Shown here piece after piece: positions 40,628 to 52,972 of a stretch of DNA of 64,000 nt. A model generated the notes under the pieces. The model searched no databases and was not told where the DNA came from. It was given only the letters and a program-made list of their open reading frames with translations. Origin of the DNA: Octopus vulgaris (Eukaryota); contig OX597824.1 of assembly GCA_951406725.2 (NCBI GenBank), positions 8,866,001 through 8,930,000 of the forward strand. Reading direction: 5' to 3'. How positions within the stretch are numbered: position 1 is the first letter of the stretch; each line of letters opens with the position of its first letter. The position numbers and the translations under genes were made by a program.

Positions 40628-40859
40628 GTATTTTTGTTATTTTTTATTTGCCCTGTCCGTGTGAACTAACAGTCGTACCGGCTTTCATGGGAAACATATA
40701 TTTTTCGTGGTTGAAACCTCTTGGATTAACTGGTGCTAGAGTGATCAATATAGTGAACACTCTCTTATATTTATTATATTATATATATATATATATATAT
40801 ACATACAAACATACATGTACACACACACACACACAGACACACGCACACATATATTCTGT

Positions 40860-41146
40860 CATTCTTTTATTTCTTTCAGTCATTTGACTGCGGCAATGCT
40901 GGAGCACCGCCCTTAAGTCTAGCAAATCGACCCCAGGATTTATTCTTTGTAAGCCTAGTACTTGTTCAATCACTCTCTTTTGCCGAACCGCTATGTTATA
41001 GGGACGTTGACACACCAACATTTGTTGTCAAGCGATGGAGGGGACAACACAGTCACACAAACACACACACACACACACACACACACGCGCACACACACAC
41101 ACACACGCACACACAGACACACACACAAACACACACACACACACAC

Positions 41147-41187
<41 letters not shown>

Positions 41188-41350
41188 ATACGGCGGGCTT
41201 CTTTCAGTTTCTGTCAACCAAATCCACTCACAAGGATTTGCTTGGCCCGAGGCTGTAGTGGAAGTCTGTAGCCTAAAGTACCACGCAGTGGGACTGAACC
41301 CAGAACCATGTGGTTGGGAAGTAAACCTCCTACCATACAGTCACACCTAG
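40860..41350 (-). mobile_element. SINE family B, near full length
   Basis: tttcagtcatttgactgcggc...(CA)n(TA)n...cgggcttctttcagtttc...gggactgaacccagaaccatgtggttgg. Confidence 0.85.
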
Positions 41351-41722
41351 GCGCAGTTGTGGGCTGTGTGGTAAGAAGTTTGCCTCCCATCCACACGATT
41401 CAGGGTTCAGTTCCACTGCGCGGCCCTTTTTAGCAAGAGAGCCCCATTATAGCATTGGGCTAACCAAAGCCTTGAGATTGGATTTGGTAGTCAGAAACTG
41501 AAAGAAGCCCATCGTATATGTATATGTGTGTGTGTCTCTCTCTCTTTCTCTGCCACTGTTTGACACTACACCTCCGCTGTTGGCGTGTTTTCGACCCCGT
41601 AACTTAGCGGTTCCGCAAAACACGTTTTAAAAAACAAGTACTGGGGCCGATTCTTTCGAATAATGTTCTTTAGAAGAATGCTCCAGCATGGCTGCAGTCT
41701 GATGACTGAAACAAGCAAAATA
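41351..41722 (+). mobile_element. SINE family B, head-to-head with the previous copy
   Basis: ggcgcagttgtgggctgtgtggtaagaag...gggttcagttccactgcg...gaaactgaaagaagccc...ctccagcatggctgcagtctgatgactgaaacaag. Confidence 0.8.
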
Positions 41723-41740
41723 TAATATAACATAATATGT

Positions 41741-41972
41741 ATTTTTTTACTACCCACAAGGGGCTAAACACAGAGAGGACAAACAAGGATAGAAGAACGG
41801 ATTAAGTCGATTACATCGATCCCAGTGAGGAACTGGTACTTATTTAATTGACTCCGAAAGGATAGAAGACAAAGTCGACTTCAACGGAATTTGAACTCAG
41901 AACGTAAAGGTTGACGAAATACCGCGACGCATTTCGCTCGGCATGCTAACAATACTGCTAGCTCGCCGCCCT
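41741..41972 (-). mobile_element. SINE family C
   Basis: tactacccacaaggggctaaacacagag...ggaatttgaactcagaacg...agctcgccgcc. Confidence 0.85.
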
Positions 41973-42234
41973 AAACTAATCTGATATAAAATTATACAAT
42001 ATGATATATATATATATGCCTATACATACATAGATACACAGACACACACACACATATATATATACACACCACACACACACATATATATGCATATACATAT
42101 ATATATAGATTCACAGACATATAAATATATAAATACATATATATATACACGCCTATATATATCTGCATATACATATATATATGTATATATGTGCATATAC
42201 ATATATACATATATATATGCATATATATATATAC

Positions 42235-42272
<38 letters not shown>

Positions 42273-42317
42273 ATATATATATATATATATCTACATATAT
42301 ATATGTATATATGTATA

Positions 42318-42352
<35 letters not shown>

Positions 42353-42403
42353 CATACATGCATATATATATTTATATATATATACACATATATGTGTGTG
42401 GTT

Positions 42404-42439
<36 letters not shown>

Positions 42440-43046
42440 TACGTATATGTGTGTGTGTACATGTGTGTGTAATGCAAAAATGTATCTTTAAAACCTCCTT
42501 CTAGACTGCTGAATGGAGTATTGAGAGATCTTTATTTCGTCTCAAACTCATAAATAATACACAACAAAACCGTTTTTAATCTGCACTGTAGAATGGGACT
42601 TCAGATGAAGATTTTTAATTGCTTCTTTGTTGTGTTTCTCCTCCTTTTTCAATGTATGTTTGGATGTTGGTAGCTAACAAACATATAAATATTTCAACAA
42701 GAAATAGAAACAACAACACGTTAAAACCACGCAGCTATTATAATTTGAAGTAGGACACCGGAAATAGAATGCAATCGAGTATGTCAATGGCGTCGAATAT
42801 GATAATGAGTTGTTTTAAATGTGTTTTTTTGTGATTGTAAAGGAAGGTGGGAGTGGCAGGAAAAGTGAGATGTGGTGGATTTGCCGTTGGTATCGACTAA
42901 GACTGTTCAGTATTCACGTGTTTGATCAGACGAGTTCGTACTCCTGGTGTGCTGAAGAATTTTAACCGACAAGAGTGTTACGGACTGAAATCTCGGAGGA
43001 AACACGCGGAGCACTATCTGGTGACACGAGTACCTAAGCACTCACC

Positions 43047-43151
<105 letters not shown>

Positions 43152-43350
43152 GGCGCAGGAGTGGCTGTGTGGTATGTAGCTTGCCTACCAACCACATGGT
43201 TCCGGGTTCGGTCCCACTGCGTGGCACCCTGGGAAAGTGACTTCTACTATAGCATCGGTCGGACCAACGCCATGTGAGAGGATTTGGTAGATGGAAACTG
43301 AAAGGAGCCCGTCGTATATATGTATATGTATATATATATATATACATGTA

Positions 43351-43431
<81 letters not shown>

Positions 43432-43559
43432 ATGTGTGTGTCTGTGTTTATCTCCCCCGCCAACATCGCTTGACAACCGATGGTGGTGTGCTTACGTCCC
43501 CGTAAATTTGCGATTCGGCAGAAGAGACTGATAGAATAAGTACTAGGCTTACAGAGAAT
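43152..43559 (+). mobile_element. SINE family B with internal (TA)n(TG)n, 3'-truncated
   Basis: ggcgcaggagtggctgtgtggtatgtagc...ccgggttcggtcccactgcgtggcaccctggg...aagtactaggcttacagagaata. Confidence 0.85.
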
Positions 43560-43585
43560 ATAAATATATGTAAATATATATGTAC

Positions 43586-43666
<81 letters not shown>

Positions 43667-43684
43667 GTGTGTGTGTGTGTGTGT

Positions 43685-43741
<57 letters not shown>

Positions 43742-43849
43742 CGTATATCTGTCCTGTCATACATATTCACACCTCTTAATGACGTTTTATGATTTTGCAT
43801 CGTCTCACTTATGAATTTGACATCTCTCTTAAAACACATTAATTACAAA

Positions 43850-44140
43850 ATTGTTCTATTGTATAATTTTATAATTTATAATTTTGCATATTTGATAATT
43901 CTATAAGTTTATAAAATTGCAACCTTGTAATATATATTTCGTATTTTTGTATTCTATAATTTCATCTTTTGCATAATATTGCAAATTTAGAATTTGTAAT
44001 TTCCATTGTATTTTAATATAAATAGGTTTTTTTTATTTCATAATTTTATAACTTCCATAATATCATAACTTTTATATTTGTATTTTAGATGTGTTTTGAC
44101 GTTTACAGAACTTATTCTGTAATTTACAATTTTTCAATCT
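43850..44140. repeat. Degenerate ~8-bp repeat (ataatttt/gtaatttt)
   Basis: Recurring taatttt-like units. Confidence 0.45.
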
Positions 44141-44264
44141 TGCAAGTTGGACTTTGCTACTATCATAATGGTTTCGAACAATCGCCATTTTGTCTGTTAG
44201 TCGTGTACTGGAGTCCATTCACATCTCATTAATATTTACATACCGAAGGCGGTAAGCTGGTAGA

Positions 44265-45056
44265 AGCATCTACACGCCGACATTTTGCGACATTTAATCC
44301 GTCTTTTTAGCCCCTTGTGGGCAGTAAAGAAATAGGTATTTCGTCTGCCGCTATGTTCTGAGTTCAAATTCCGCCGAGGTCGACTTTGCCTTTCATCCTT
44401 TTCGGGTCGATAGATTAAGTACCAGTTAAGCACTGGGTTCGATATAATCGACTTAATCCATTTGTCTGTCCTTGTTTGTTCTCTCTGTGTTTAGCCCCTT
44501 GTGGGTAGTAAAGAAATAGGTATTTCGTCTGCCGCTATGTTCTGAGTTCAAATTCCGCCGAGGTCGACTTTGCCTTTCATCCTTTCGGGTCGATAGATTA
44601 AGTACCAGTTAAGCACTGGGTTCGATATAATCGACTTAATCCATTTGTCTGTCCTTGTTTGTTCTCTCTGTGTTTAGCCCCTTGTGGGTAGTAAAGAAAT
44701 AGGTATTTCGTCTGCCGCTATGTTCTGAGTTCAAATTCCGCCGAGGTCGACTTTGCCTTTCATCCTTTCGGGTCGATAGATTAAGTACCAGTTAAGCACT
44801 GGGTTCGATATAATCGACTTAATCCATTTGTCTGTCCTTGTTTGTTCTCTCTGTGTTTAGCCCCTTGTGGGTAGTTAAAAAATAGGTATTTCGTCTGTCG
44901 CTACGTTCTGAGTTCAAATTCCGCCGAGGTCGACTTTGCCTTTCATTCTTTCAAGGTTGATAAATCATGTACCAGTTGCGTACTGGAGTTGATCTAATCG
45001 ACACCCCCCCCGCTCCCCCAAAATTTCAGGCTTTGTGCCTAGAGTAGAAGAGAATA
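44265..45056 (+). mobile_element. SINE family C tandem array (three full 183-184-bp units plus flanking partials)
   Basis: Units start at 44335, 44519, 44702 and 44885; the last unit ends in an alternative tail (ccccaaaatttcaggctttgtgcctagagtagaag). Confidence 0.9.
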
Positions 45057-45070
45057 ATATTTACATTACG

Positions 45071-45285
45071 AAGGCGGCAAGCTCGTAGAAGCGTTAGCAC
45101 ACCGGGCGAAATACTTTGCGACGTTCCACCCGCCTTTATGTTCTGAGTTCAAAACCTGTCGAGGTCGACTTCGCCTTTCATCATGTTGGAGCCGATGAAA
45201 TAACTAACAGTTAAGCACTGGGGTCCACCTGATAGATGAAGCCTCACCCTCAACTTTCCTGGCGTTGTGCCAAAATTTTAAAACC
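45071..45285 (+). mobile_element. Older family C SINE copy
   Basis: aaggcggcaagctcgtagaagcgttagcac...gttctgagttcaaa...gaggtcgacttcgcctttcatc. Confidence 0.7.
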
Positions 45286-45504
45286 ACATCCACATTACTA
45301 GATTCTGTAGATTGGATGTAAATTTAATATCTATATTATCAGTCATATATCTTAAATATGAACAAACGCAGGCATTCACTGAAGTATATGTATGTATATG
45401 TATATATATATGTGTGTGTGCGTGTCTGTATGTGTGTGTATATATTACACACATATATAGCCCAGTACTTATTCTATCGGTCTCCCTTGCAACTATTCAT
45501 GTTT

Positions 45505-45557
<53 letters not shown>

Positions 45558-45662
45558 CAAAGAATAAGATCTGGGGTCGATTTGTTCGACTAAAGGCGAT
45601 ACTCCAGCATGGCCACGGTCACATGACTGAAACAAGTAAAAGAGTAAAAGAGTAACGCCACC

Positions 45663-45693
<31 letters not shown>

Positions 45694-45925
45694 TAGCAAC
45701 GGGCGAAATATGGACAATATTTCGTCCAGAGTGCTACCAATTCTGCCAGCTCGCCGCCTTCCCCAACAATAATAATAACATTTATAATTATAATAGTGCA
45801 TATGTGTGTGTGTGTGGGTATGTGTGTGTGTGAGTGTGTGTGTTTATGCATGTGTTCACATGAATATATAACATTTGGGATCGTCTTTTGAAACCTTGAG
45901 AAATGTTACGAACTTATGCAAATGT

Positions 45926-46303
45926 GGCACTCCGTCGGTTACGACGACGTGGGTTCCAATTGATCCGATCAACGGAAGAGCCTGCTGGTGAAATTAACGT
46001 GCAAGTGGCTGAGCACTCTACAGACACGTATACCTTTAACGTAGTTTTCGGGAAGATTCAACGGGACAAAGCCTGTGCCAAGGCACGCCCTTTGAAATAC
46101 AGGTACAAGAGAAACAGGAAGAAGGAGTGAGAGAAAGCTGTGGTGAAAGAGTAGAGCAATGTTCGCCACCACCCCCTGCCGGAGCCTCGTTGACCTTTAT
46201 GTCTTTTCGGTCAATAAATACTCACAACGCCCGGACTGGGAATCTAAACCGCGATGCTACGACCGCGAGTCCGCTGCTCTAACCACTAGGTCATTGCGCC
46301 TCC
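45926..46303 (-). mobile_element. SINE family A, full length with 11-bp TSD
   Basis: TSD TATGCAAATGT at 45915-45925 and 46304-46314; tRNA-like head at the right end. Confidence 0.9.
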
Positions 46304-46577
46304 TATGCAAATGTACGCATAAAATGAAAACTGCAAATGTACTTATAAGAGAGAATTCATAAAACATTAGATATAAAGATATAAGACATTCAGTACCCTA
46401 AAATAATATTGAATCTAATCCATAGAAGTAGAATCAAGCGTCCACTGCAGAAGAGGTGGCAGTGATACCAGGAAGGAAAATGAGATTTACTGATTTTTAG
46501 CATGCGATTAGAAGCTTTATCTTTACAAATGGAAATGGAAAATGAAAATATAATACTTGCATACATACATACTCATA

Positions 46578-46616
<39 letters not shown>

Positions 46617-46838
46617 GAACATATATATATGTATGTACATCTATCTATATATATATATGTATATATATTATATGTGTGTGTGTTCGTATATACTATGTAT
46701 GCATTACATTTACAACATACAAATATATCTCGACTATATCTGCATCCATAAAACATTTGCATATAATCCAATTACGGAAGCATTTATAAACTATTTAGAT
46801 ATATTCTCAATTGCACACACAACAAGCTACATATACGT

Positions 46839-46869
<31 letters not shown>

Positions 46870-46913
46870 ACCAAATAGTGGTTAAACATTCCCTCTTATA
46901 GTTATGTACGAAA

Positions 46914-46978
<65 letters not shown>

Positions 46979-47063
46979 TATATATATATATATATTATAC
47001 GTATATGTATATAAGTACATATATATCACTATATCTATATCTATCTGTCTATTTATTTCTCTC

Positions 47064-47103
<40 letters not shown>

Positions 47104-47167
47104 TTATATATCAGTATATACACGTACAAACGTGTGTATATATATATATATATATGCACATATATAC

Positions 47168-47198
<31 letters not shown>

Positions 47199-47380
47199 CG
47201 TGTGTGTATGTATAAGGCTTATATATACACATATACATATACAAGCTATTTATATGTATGCTCATGTACATAACAAACAAGCATATATTCTCACGTGTGT
47301 GTAAGTGTGTGCATAATATTGTTAGTATTATTATTGCTAACGGCAAATAAATCGAAACCCAGAGATAGAAAGATTGTAAA

Positions 47381-47442
<62 letters not shown>

Positions 47443-48224
47443 GTAAGTTTGGAGAAACGGACAATGAAAGAAAGAGAAAGATAGATAGCAAGGTAGAGAG
47501 GGGAATAAAAGGGAGATAGAGAGAGAGAGAGATGAAGAGAGAGAATGAAACTGTGTGTGTGTGTGTGTGAAAGAGAGAGAGAGAGAGCGAGTGAGTGAGA
47601 TAGATGAATAGAAAAATGATAGAAAAATTGATTAGAAACGTCGACTCTATCTTCAGTTTAGTTTTGAGACATGATTAATATTATTGCTTTTGACAACGAT
47701 TAAATACAATGTGCCGCCATTATCTCGAGATATTCCTCTGATGTTTGCCAGAGAATCCACTCACTGCTGCCAATTTATATTCGACCATCAATGGAAATCT
47801 TGGCAGAATGAATGATTTCTTAAGACATGCTTTTGACGGAATTGATCAGCTTGGATATGAACCATTTACAGCCGTGGCTAACACTAGGAAGTTTATGCTT
47901 TTGCACGTGATCTGTTGTTATCGTCTCTATTGGCACAGACACGGCTATTAGCACTGACGCATCGCTGCAGAATGGAATTAGGAGGATCCTCTTGTGCTGT
48001 GTTTATAGCAAAAGTTCTTCGTTTATTTCTTGATTTCTTTAAATCATTGGTTTGCGGCTTTGCTGGAGGCAGTGCTTGAATTTTGGATTTATGGAGGGCG
48101 AAAATTGGGAACAAAAATATGACCGTGGAGACATACAAGGAAACCGAACGAAAACAAACATGGAGGGTCGTTACGCCAGAACGAGGGTAAAATGGCGACC
48201 CCACTATGTATTTATTTATTTTTT

Positions 48225-48430
48225 TTACTTGTTTTCGTCATTTGAATGTGGCCATGCTGGGGCACAGCCTTGAAGAAGTTTTAGTCCAATGAATCTACTT
48301 CAGGACCTAAACGTTTTAAACCGGGTTCTTATTCTATCGCACTCCTTTGCCGAACCGCCAAGTTACGAGTACGTGGATACACGGACACCGCCTGTCAAGC
48401 AATGGTTGGTGACAAATTCATACACAAAGC

Positions 48431-48475
<45 letters not shown>
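48225..48475 (-). mobile_element. SINE family B 3' half
   Basis: tacttgttttcgtcattt...gccatgctgg...gccgaaccgccaagttacg...(CA)n. Confidence 0.65.
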
Positions 48476-48476
<1 letters not shown>

Positions 48477-48490
48477 TATGTATATACCTG

Positions 48491-48719
48491 GGAGGGGGTG
48501 CTGAAAAATTCCTGGTTTGGGTAAAAGAAAATAGAGGGGGATCAGATAATTATGATTTTGTTCAGAATATTGATTAATGATATTTCCCTCTCACAGACAC
48601 ACACTTGTTGCAGCAGTCGTTTAGTTTGTCCAAGGTCTCTAAAAGAACTGGGAACTTTGGGCCTCCAGCCAGGCATTTCGCCAAACCCTTAAAGCTAGGA
48701 ACTTTTCAGCACTCGCTCG
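48491..48719. mobile_element. Mariner-type MITE
   Basis: TIRs gagggggtgctgaaaaattcctgg / ctaggaacttttcagcactcgctcg; an oppositely oriented homolog of 56049-56268. Confidence 0.75.
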
Positions 48720-48727
48720 TGTATGCA

Positions 48728-48954
48728 CTCTTTTATTCTTTTATTCTTTTTCTCGCTTCAGTCCTTTGACTGCGGCCATGCTGGAGTACCGCCTTTAATC
48801 GAGCAAATCGACCCCCGGACTTACTCTTAGTAACCGTAGTACTTATTCTATCGGCCTCTTTCGCCGAACCGCTGTGTTACGGGGACGTAAACACACCAGC
48901 AACGGTTGTCAAGGGATGTAGGGGAGACAAAGACAAACACACATACAAGCACAA

Positions 48955-48997
<43 letters not shown>

Positions 48998-49113
48998 CGA
49001 CGGGCTTCTTTCAGTTTCCGTCTACCATCACCACTCAGAAGGATTTGGTCTGCTCGAGGGTATAGTAGAAGATACTTGCACAAGGTACTACGCAGTGAGA
49101 CTGAACCCGGAAC
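48728..49113 (-). mobile_element. SINE family B lacking its extreme 5' end
   Basis: ttcagtcctttgactgcggccatgctgg...gacgggcttctttcagtttccgtctacc...gactgaacccggaacc. Confidence 0.85.
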
Positions 49114-50842
49114 CTAGAAATAGCAGATTAAATGCTAGAAATAGCAGAATAATCTCACTATAACTTGCTCTCACCACGAAAAATATCACAAGTTATAGGA
49201 TCCAGGCTTGGGTTTCTTGCGTATTAAAAGTCGTAATCTTCACGGCTGGAACGTCTTTCTTTATAGGCTGGTTCAGCGATGGTTGACCCGTGGTTAACCA
49301 GCAATTACGACACCAACAACAATGAATATTGATTTGTAACAGCTGCAGAAGGCTTCAAATTTCAGTGATGTGTATAGTTGAATCAACTGACGCCAGTGCA
49401 ATAGCAAAGGATGAAAAGCCATGTCATTCTGGTCAGACTCAGAATTCCTGCAAAATATTTTAACAACCGATCTGGTGCTTGAACCAATCTAATCCTTCAG
49501 CTTTTCTTTACCATCTTAATACTCCATGTTGTAGTTGTTTAGCCCAAGGCCAAACCTGACAGACCAAACCTAAATTAGGCCTTGTCCTTCTTGTATCCTT
49601 TCCAACCACAATAAGCCTAAGACATCATTATCATTATCCATAATGCGCGCAGAAAGATTTAACTGCTATTTCTGTGGCGTCAAATGATCGTGTTGCAGCA
49701 CGCTTGCTATATTTAGTACAATTTGTTTTCATTTTATCTCCCTCTAGGTGGTTCGTTCATTAGTTTGGCCAATTAACGATAATTACTGGTGTTCATTTTA
49801 CACTCGACCTTTCCGAGGTCTTAAAGATGGCGACATAGTTTTCCCTCACGAATAGAAGACGGTACAGAATATATTAAAAATAAAATTAAACATCGTATAG
49901 CTTAGATATTGTGTCTTTAGAGAATCACTTTATCAAATGATACATTTCTTTCGACACATGATTTAAGATAAAAAATTTTACAATGCTATATTCAAAATCG
50001 AAACATCGTTTAGGATTGAAACAAAGAATGATTTCACTCACCTGTGACAGAAAGTATGCGTGGTCTAATAGGTAATCAATGTTTCATTTTAATCTGTAAA
50101 TTAGAAAAAAAAAACAAAAACAAATTATAAAATGTTGCCTTCAACATATTCAAGACATAATCATTTATAAAATATTCTAACTTCCAACTAATTGAGACAG
50201 AATATTATTTTTTTCTATGGTGGTACAGTAGCTTCATTGCCATACATTTCTAAAATAAATATCTTGGAAGTTCATAGAATAAATATCAGGGTAAATGCAA
50301 GAAAAAATTTTTAAGATTTGGTTTTCTACAAATTAGACTCGTCAGGCAAGTAATGATAATTTGAATAAATGTTATCCATTAAATCCATTTTTGATAAAAT
50401 GCTCCATTATAAAATAAAAGAAATTAAGATTTTTCTTTCCAAAAATATACATTAGAACACAGAAAACGCATTACATGATGGCAGTTACTGATTTTAAAGT
50501 AGACTAATTCTATATAGTGAATTTTCCAAGTTTTAATAAGATGATATGCCGGAGGGGGAAAATTACCAATGTTTTGGGTCTGACTTTGTGCGTGAGAGGT
50601 GAAGGTCTGTAAAGAAGTTGGGAAAAAACTTACTCCCTTTTCCCTTTTTCCCTTTTTCGTTTGCAAAAGGCTTAGTTCTTTTTTCTCTCTTCGAAGTGTC
50701 ATACAGGAAAATTTCAGATTAATGTATTCCCACGCAATCCCGCAAATTCATCGAATGACTGGAATTATCTCGAATTTACTTGCCGATCCACATCACTACA
50801 AATGTAATCCGACTAGGGATTTATGTACTTATATATAGAGAT

Positions 50843-51151
50843 GTAGAGGCGCAATGGCCCAGTGGTTAGGGCAGCGGACTCGCGGTCGTAGGATCACGGT
50901 TTCGATTCCCATACCGGGCGTTGTGAGTCTTTATTGAGCGAAAACACCTAAAGCCCCACGAGGCTCCGGCAGGGGGTTGTGGCGATCCCTGCTGTACTCT
51001 TTCGCCACAACTTTCTCTCACTCTTTCTTCTGTTGGCCTGCTCGCTTAGCCAGCGGGGTGGCGTCATTTGAAGGCTAAAACAATGCAAAGCGCATTGTGA
51101 CCAGCGATATGAAGCAACATCTGATAGCCTGGTCGGTCACGTGATCACGTG
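50843..51151 (+). mobile_element. SINE with the family A head and a different 3' tail; 10-bp TSD
   Basis: A box TGGCCCAGTGG, B box GGTTTCGATTCC; matches family A to ~51030, then diverges and ends in (TCACGTGA)2. TSD ATATAGAGAT at 50833-50842 and 51152-51161. Confidence 0.88.
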
Positions 51152-52098
51152 ATATAGAGATAATCCCTACATGATCGTTGCGTACACACTAGGTATTCTA
51201 AACTTAAACATCCCCTGACATGATGCGACATAATCACTACAATCGCAAAATTTATCATAAAAAATGGCGCAGAATTCCTACATAGAGAATGAAATGAGTT
51301 ACAAAATGAATTTAATGAATGCTAACTTCTTCGTTGAAAGACATGATAAATATGGAGAGACAGCATTTTTAACATACATAATATCTCGGGAGAATTCTCC
51401 TTACAAATGTTGAGAAGATTGCCAAGCTCTGCCTTCTAAACATAAGTAAAACAATGGACAAAATTTGAGAAATAGAAAAGAAAAACAGAAAGACAGAAGC
51501 AAATGAAAGAATGTAAGGAAAATGAAATACATTTCCAAAAGAGGATTCCTATTTTGAAATATTAAATTCCTAGAAATAATATAATCAAATTTAAAGTAAC
51601 CAAATCGAAATCCTTTTAGCGTAATGTGAGAAAGAAAGAAAAGAAATTTAATAAAAACATTTGGTGTTAAATATATGAAGTGAAATGAAAGACAACTATA
51701 GTTTTCTGCATTTTCACATCTTTGTAACTATCGATAAATATAAACGAAAAGATAGATAAATATATATTCGTAAATAATTATGCAAAATACAGATACGTAT
51801 CCATGCAGGTTTATAATACGTTAAAAACGATTTCTGCAAATATGATGAATGGTAAACGAAGCCAAATGTACATCGCAGCATAGAGTTATGTACACTGATA
51901 CGATCAATAGATATGTTACAATATGCAAAGCTATATACATGCGTTTACATTTACATGTATAGCTCTATTAAATTATTCCAATATACATACATACATTCAT
52001 ACGTATATACATACATACATACACACACACACACGTATATATATATGCGTACATATGCATTTCTGACAATATTTATGTGTATAATGTATATATATATG

Positions 52099-52166
<68 letters not shown>

Positions 52167-52250
52167 ATATATATGTACATATATATCTAATATTTATGTA
52201 TATATATATGTATGTATATATATAATGTGTATGTATATATATATATGTAC

Positions 52251-52293
<43 letters not shown>

Positions 52294-52623
52294 TATACAT
52301 ATAGATACGTGAACATATGTACACAAATACATACGTACATATGCGTATATATGTGTATATATATATATACATATATGTACATATATATATACATGCATAT
52401 ATATATGCACCTATATATATACATATATACATATATATATTGATGTATACACACACATTCGTATTATTATCGAATTAGGTTTTGGATATTTCTTTTTGTA
52501 AAAAACAAAAGTATATTCAACTCAAAAAAAAAACTTAAGAATGACACAACCGCCGCCATCACCGCCATACCACCACCATCGCCATCAATCCCCACCAGCG
52601 CTTCCTACTACTACTACTACTAT

Positions 52624-52680
<57 letters not shown>

Positions 52681-52896
52681 AACAAAGACTACTACTATAA
52701 TGTTAATGCTATTGATGGCGATGATGATCGTAGCCCTGATTGTGACGAAGATGATTTTTCACGTTAATCATATCCAACTAAAATACAACGTACAAAATTT
52801 GGTAAGTAACAAATATCTACATATACGCGTCTATATACACATATATACAAATATACACTTATGCACTCAAGCACTCATGCATGCATACATACATAC

Positions 52897-52972
<76 letters not shown>

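Larger units (their letters stand above)
35319..40775 (+). mobile_element. Hammerhead-ribozyme tandem element (Penelope-like pseudo-LTR array / non-autonomous retrozyme) inserted in (TA)n
   Basis: An inverted 192-bp partial unit is followed by ~9.84 direct 535-bp units, each with a type I hammerhead. (TA)n flanks both sides and the unit has no meaningful ORF. Confidence 0.8.
35511..40775 (+). repeat. Tandem array, 535-bp unit, 9 full copies plus 450 bp
   Basis: The anchor tagtatctaattctctcaccc recurs at 35521, 36056, 36591, 37126, 37661, 38196, 38731, 39266, 39801 and 40336. Confidence 0.97.

Noticed and set aside
35511-40775. CRISPR array, rDNA/5S or histone repeat interpretation of the tandem array
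   Set aside because: There are no variable spacers, no recognisable rRNA/snRNA sequence and no coding ORF. ORF 40648-40887 exists only because the last unit runs into (TA)n.
47745-48273. Non-repetitive stretch with short ORFs (47745-47951, 47893-48204, 48052-48273)
   Set aside because: No recognisable domain or convincing exon boundaries; it could be unique non-coding DNA but cannot be supported without a search.
50846-50920. Possible tRNA-Arg gene (also at ~2180-2253 and ~46230-46303 on the minus strand)
   Set aside because: A/B boxes are present, but the acceptor stem is not closed and the sequence continues into a repeated SINE body with TSDs.
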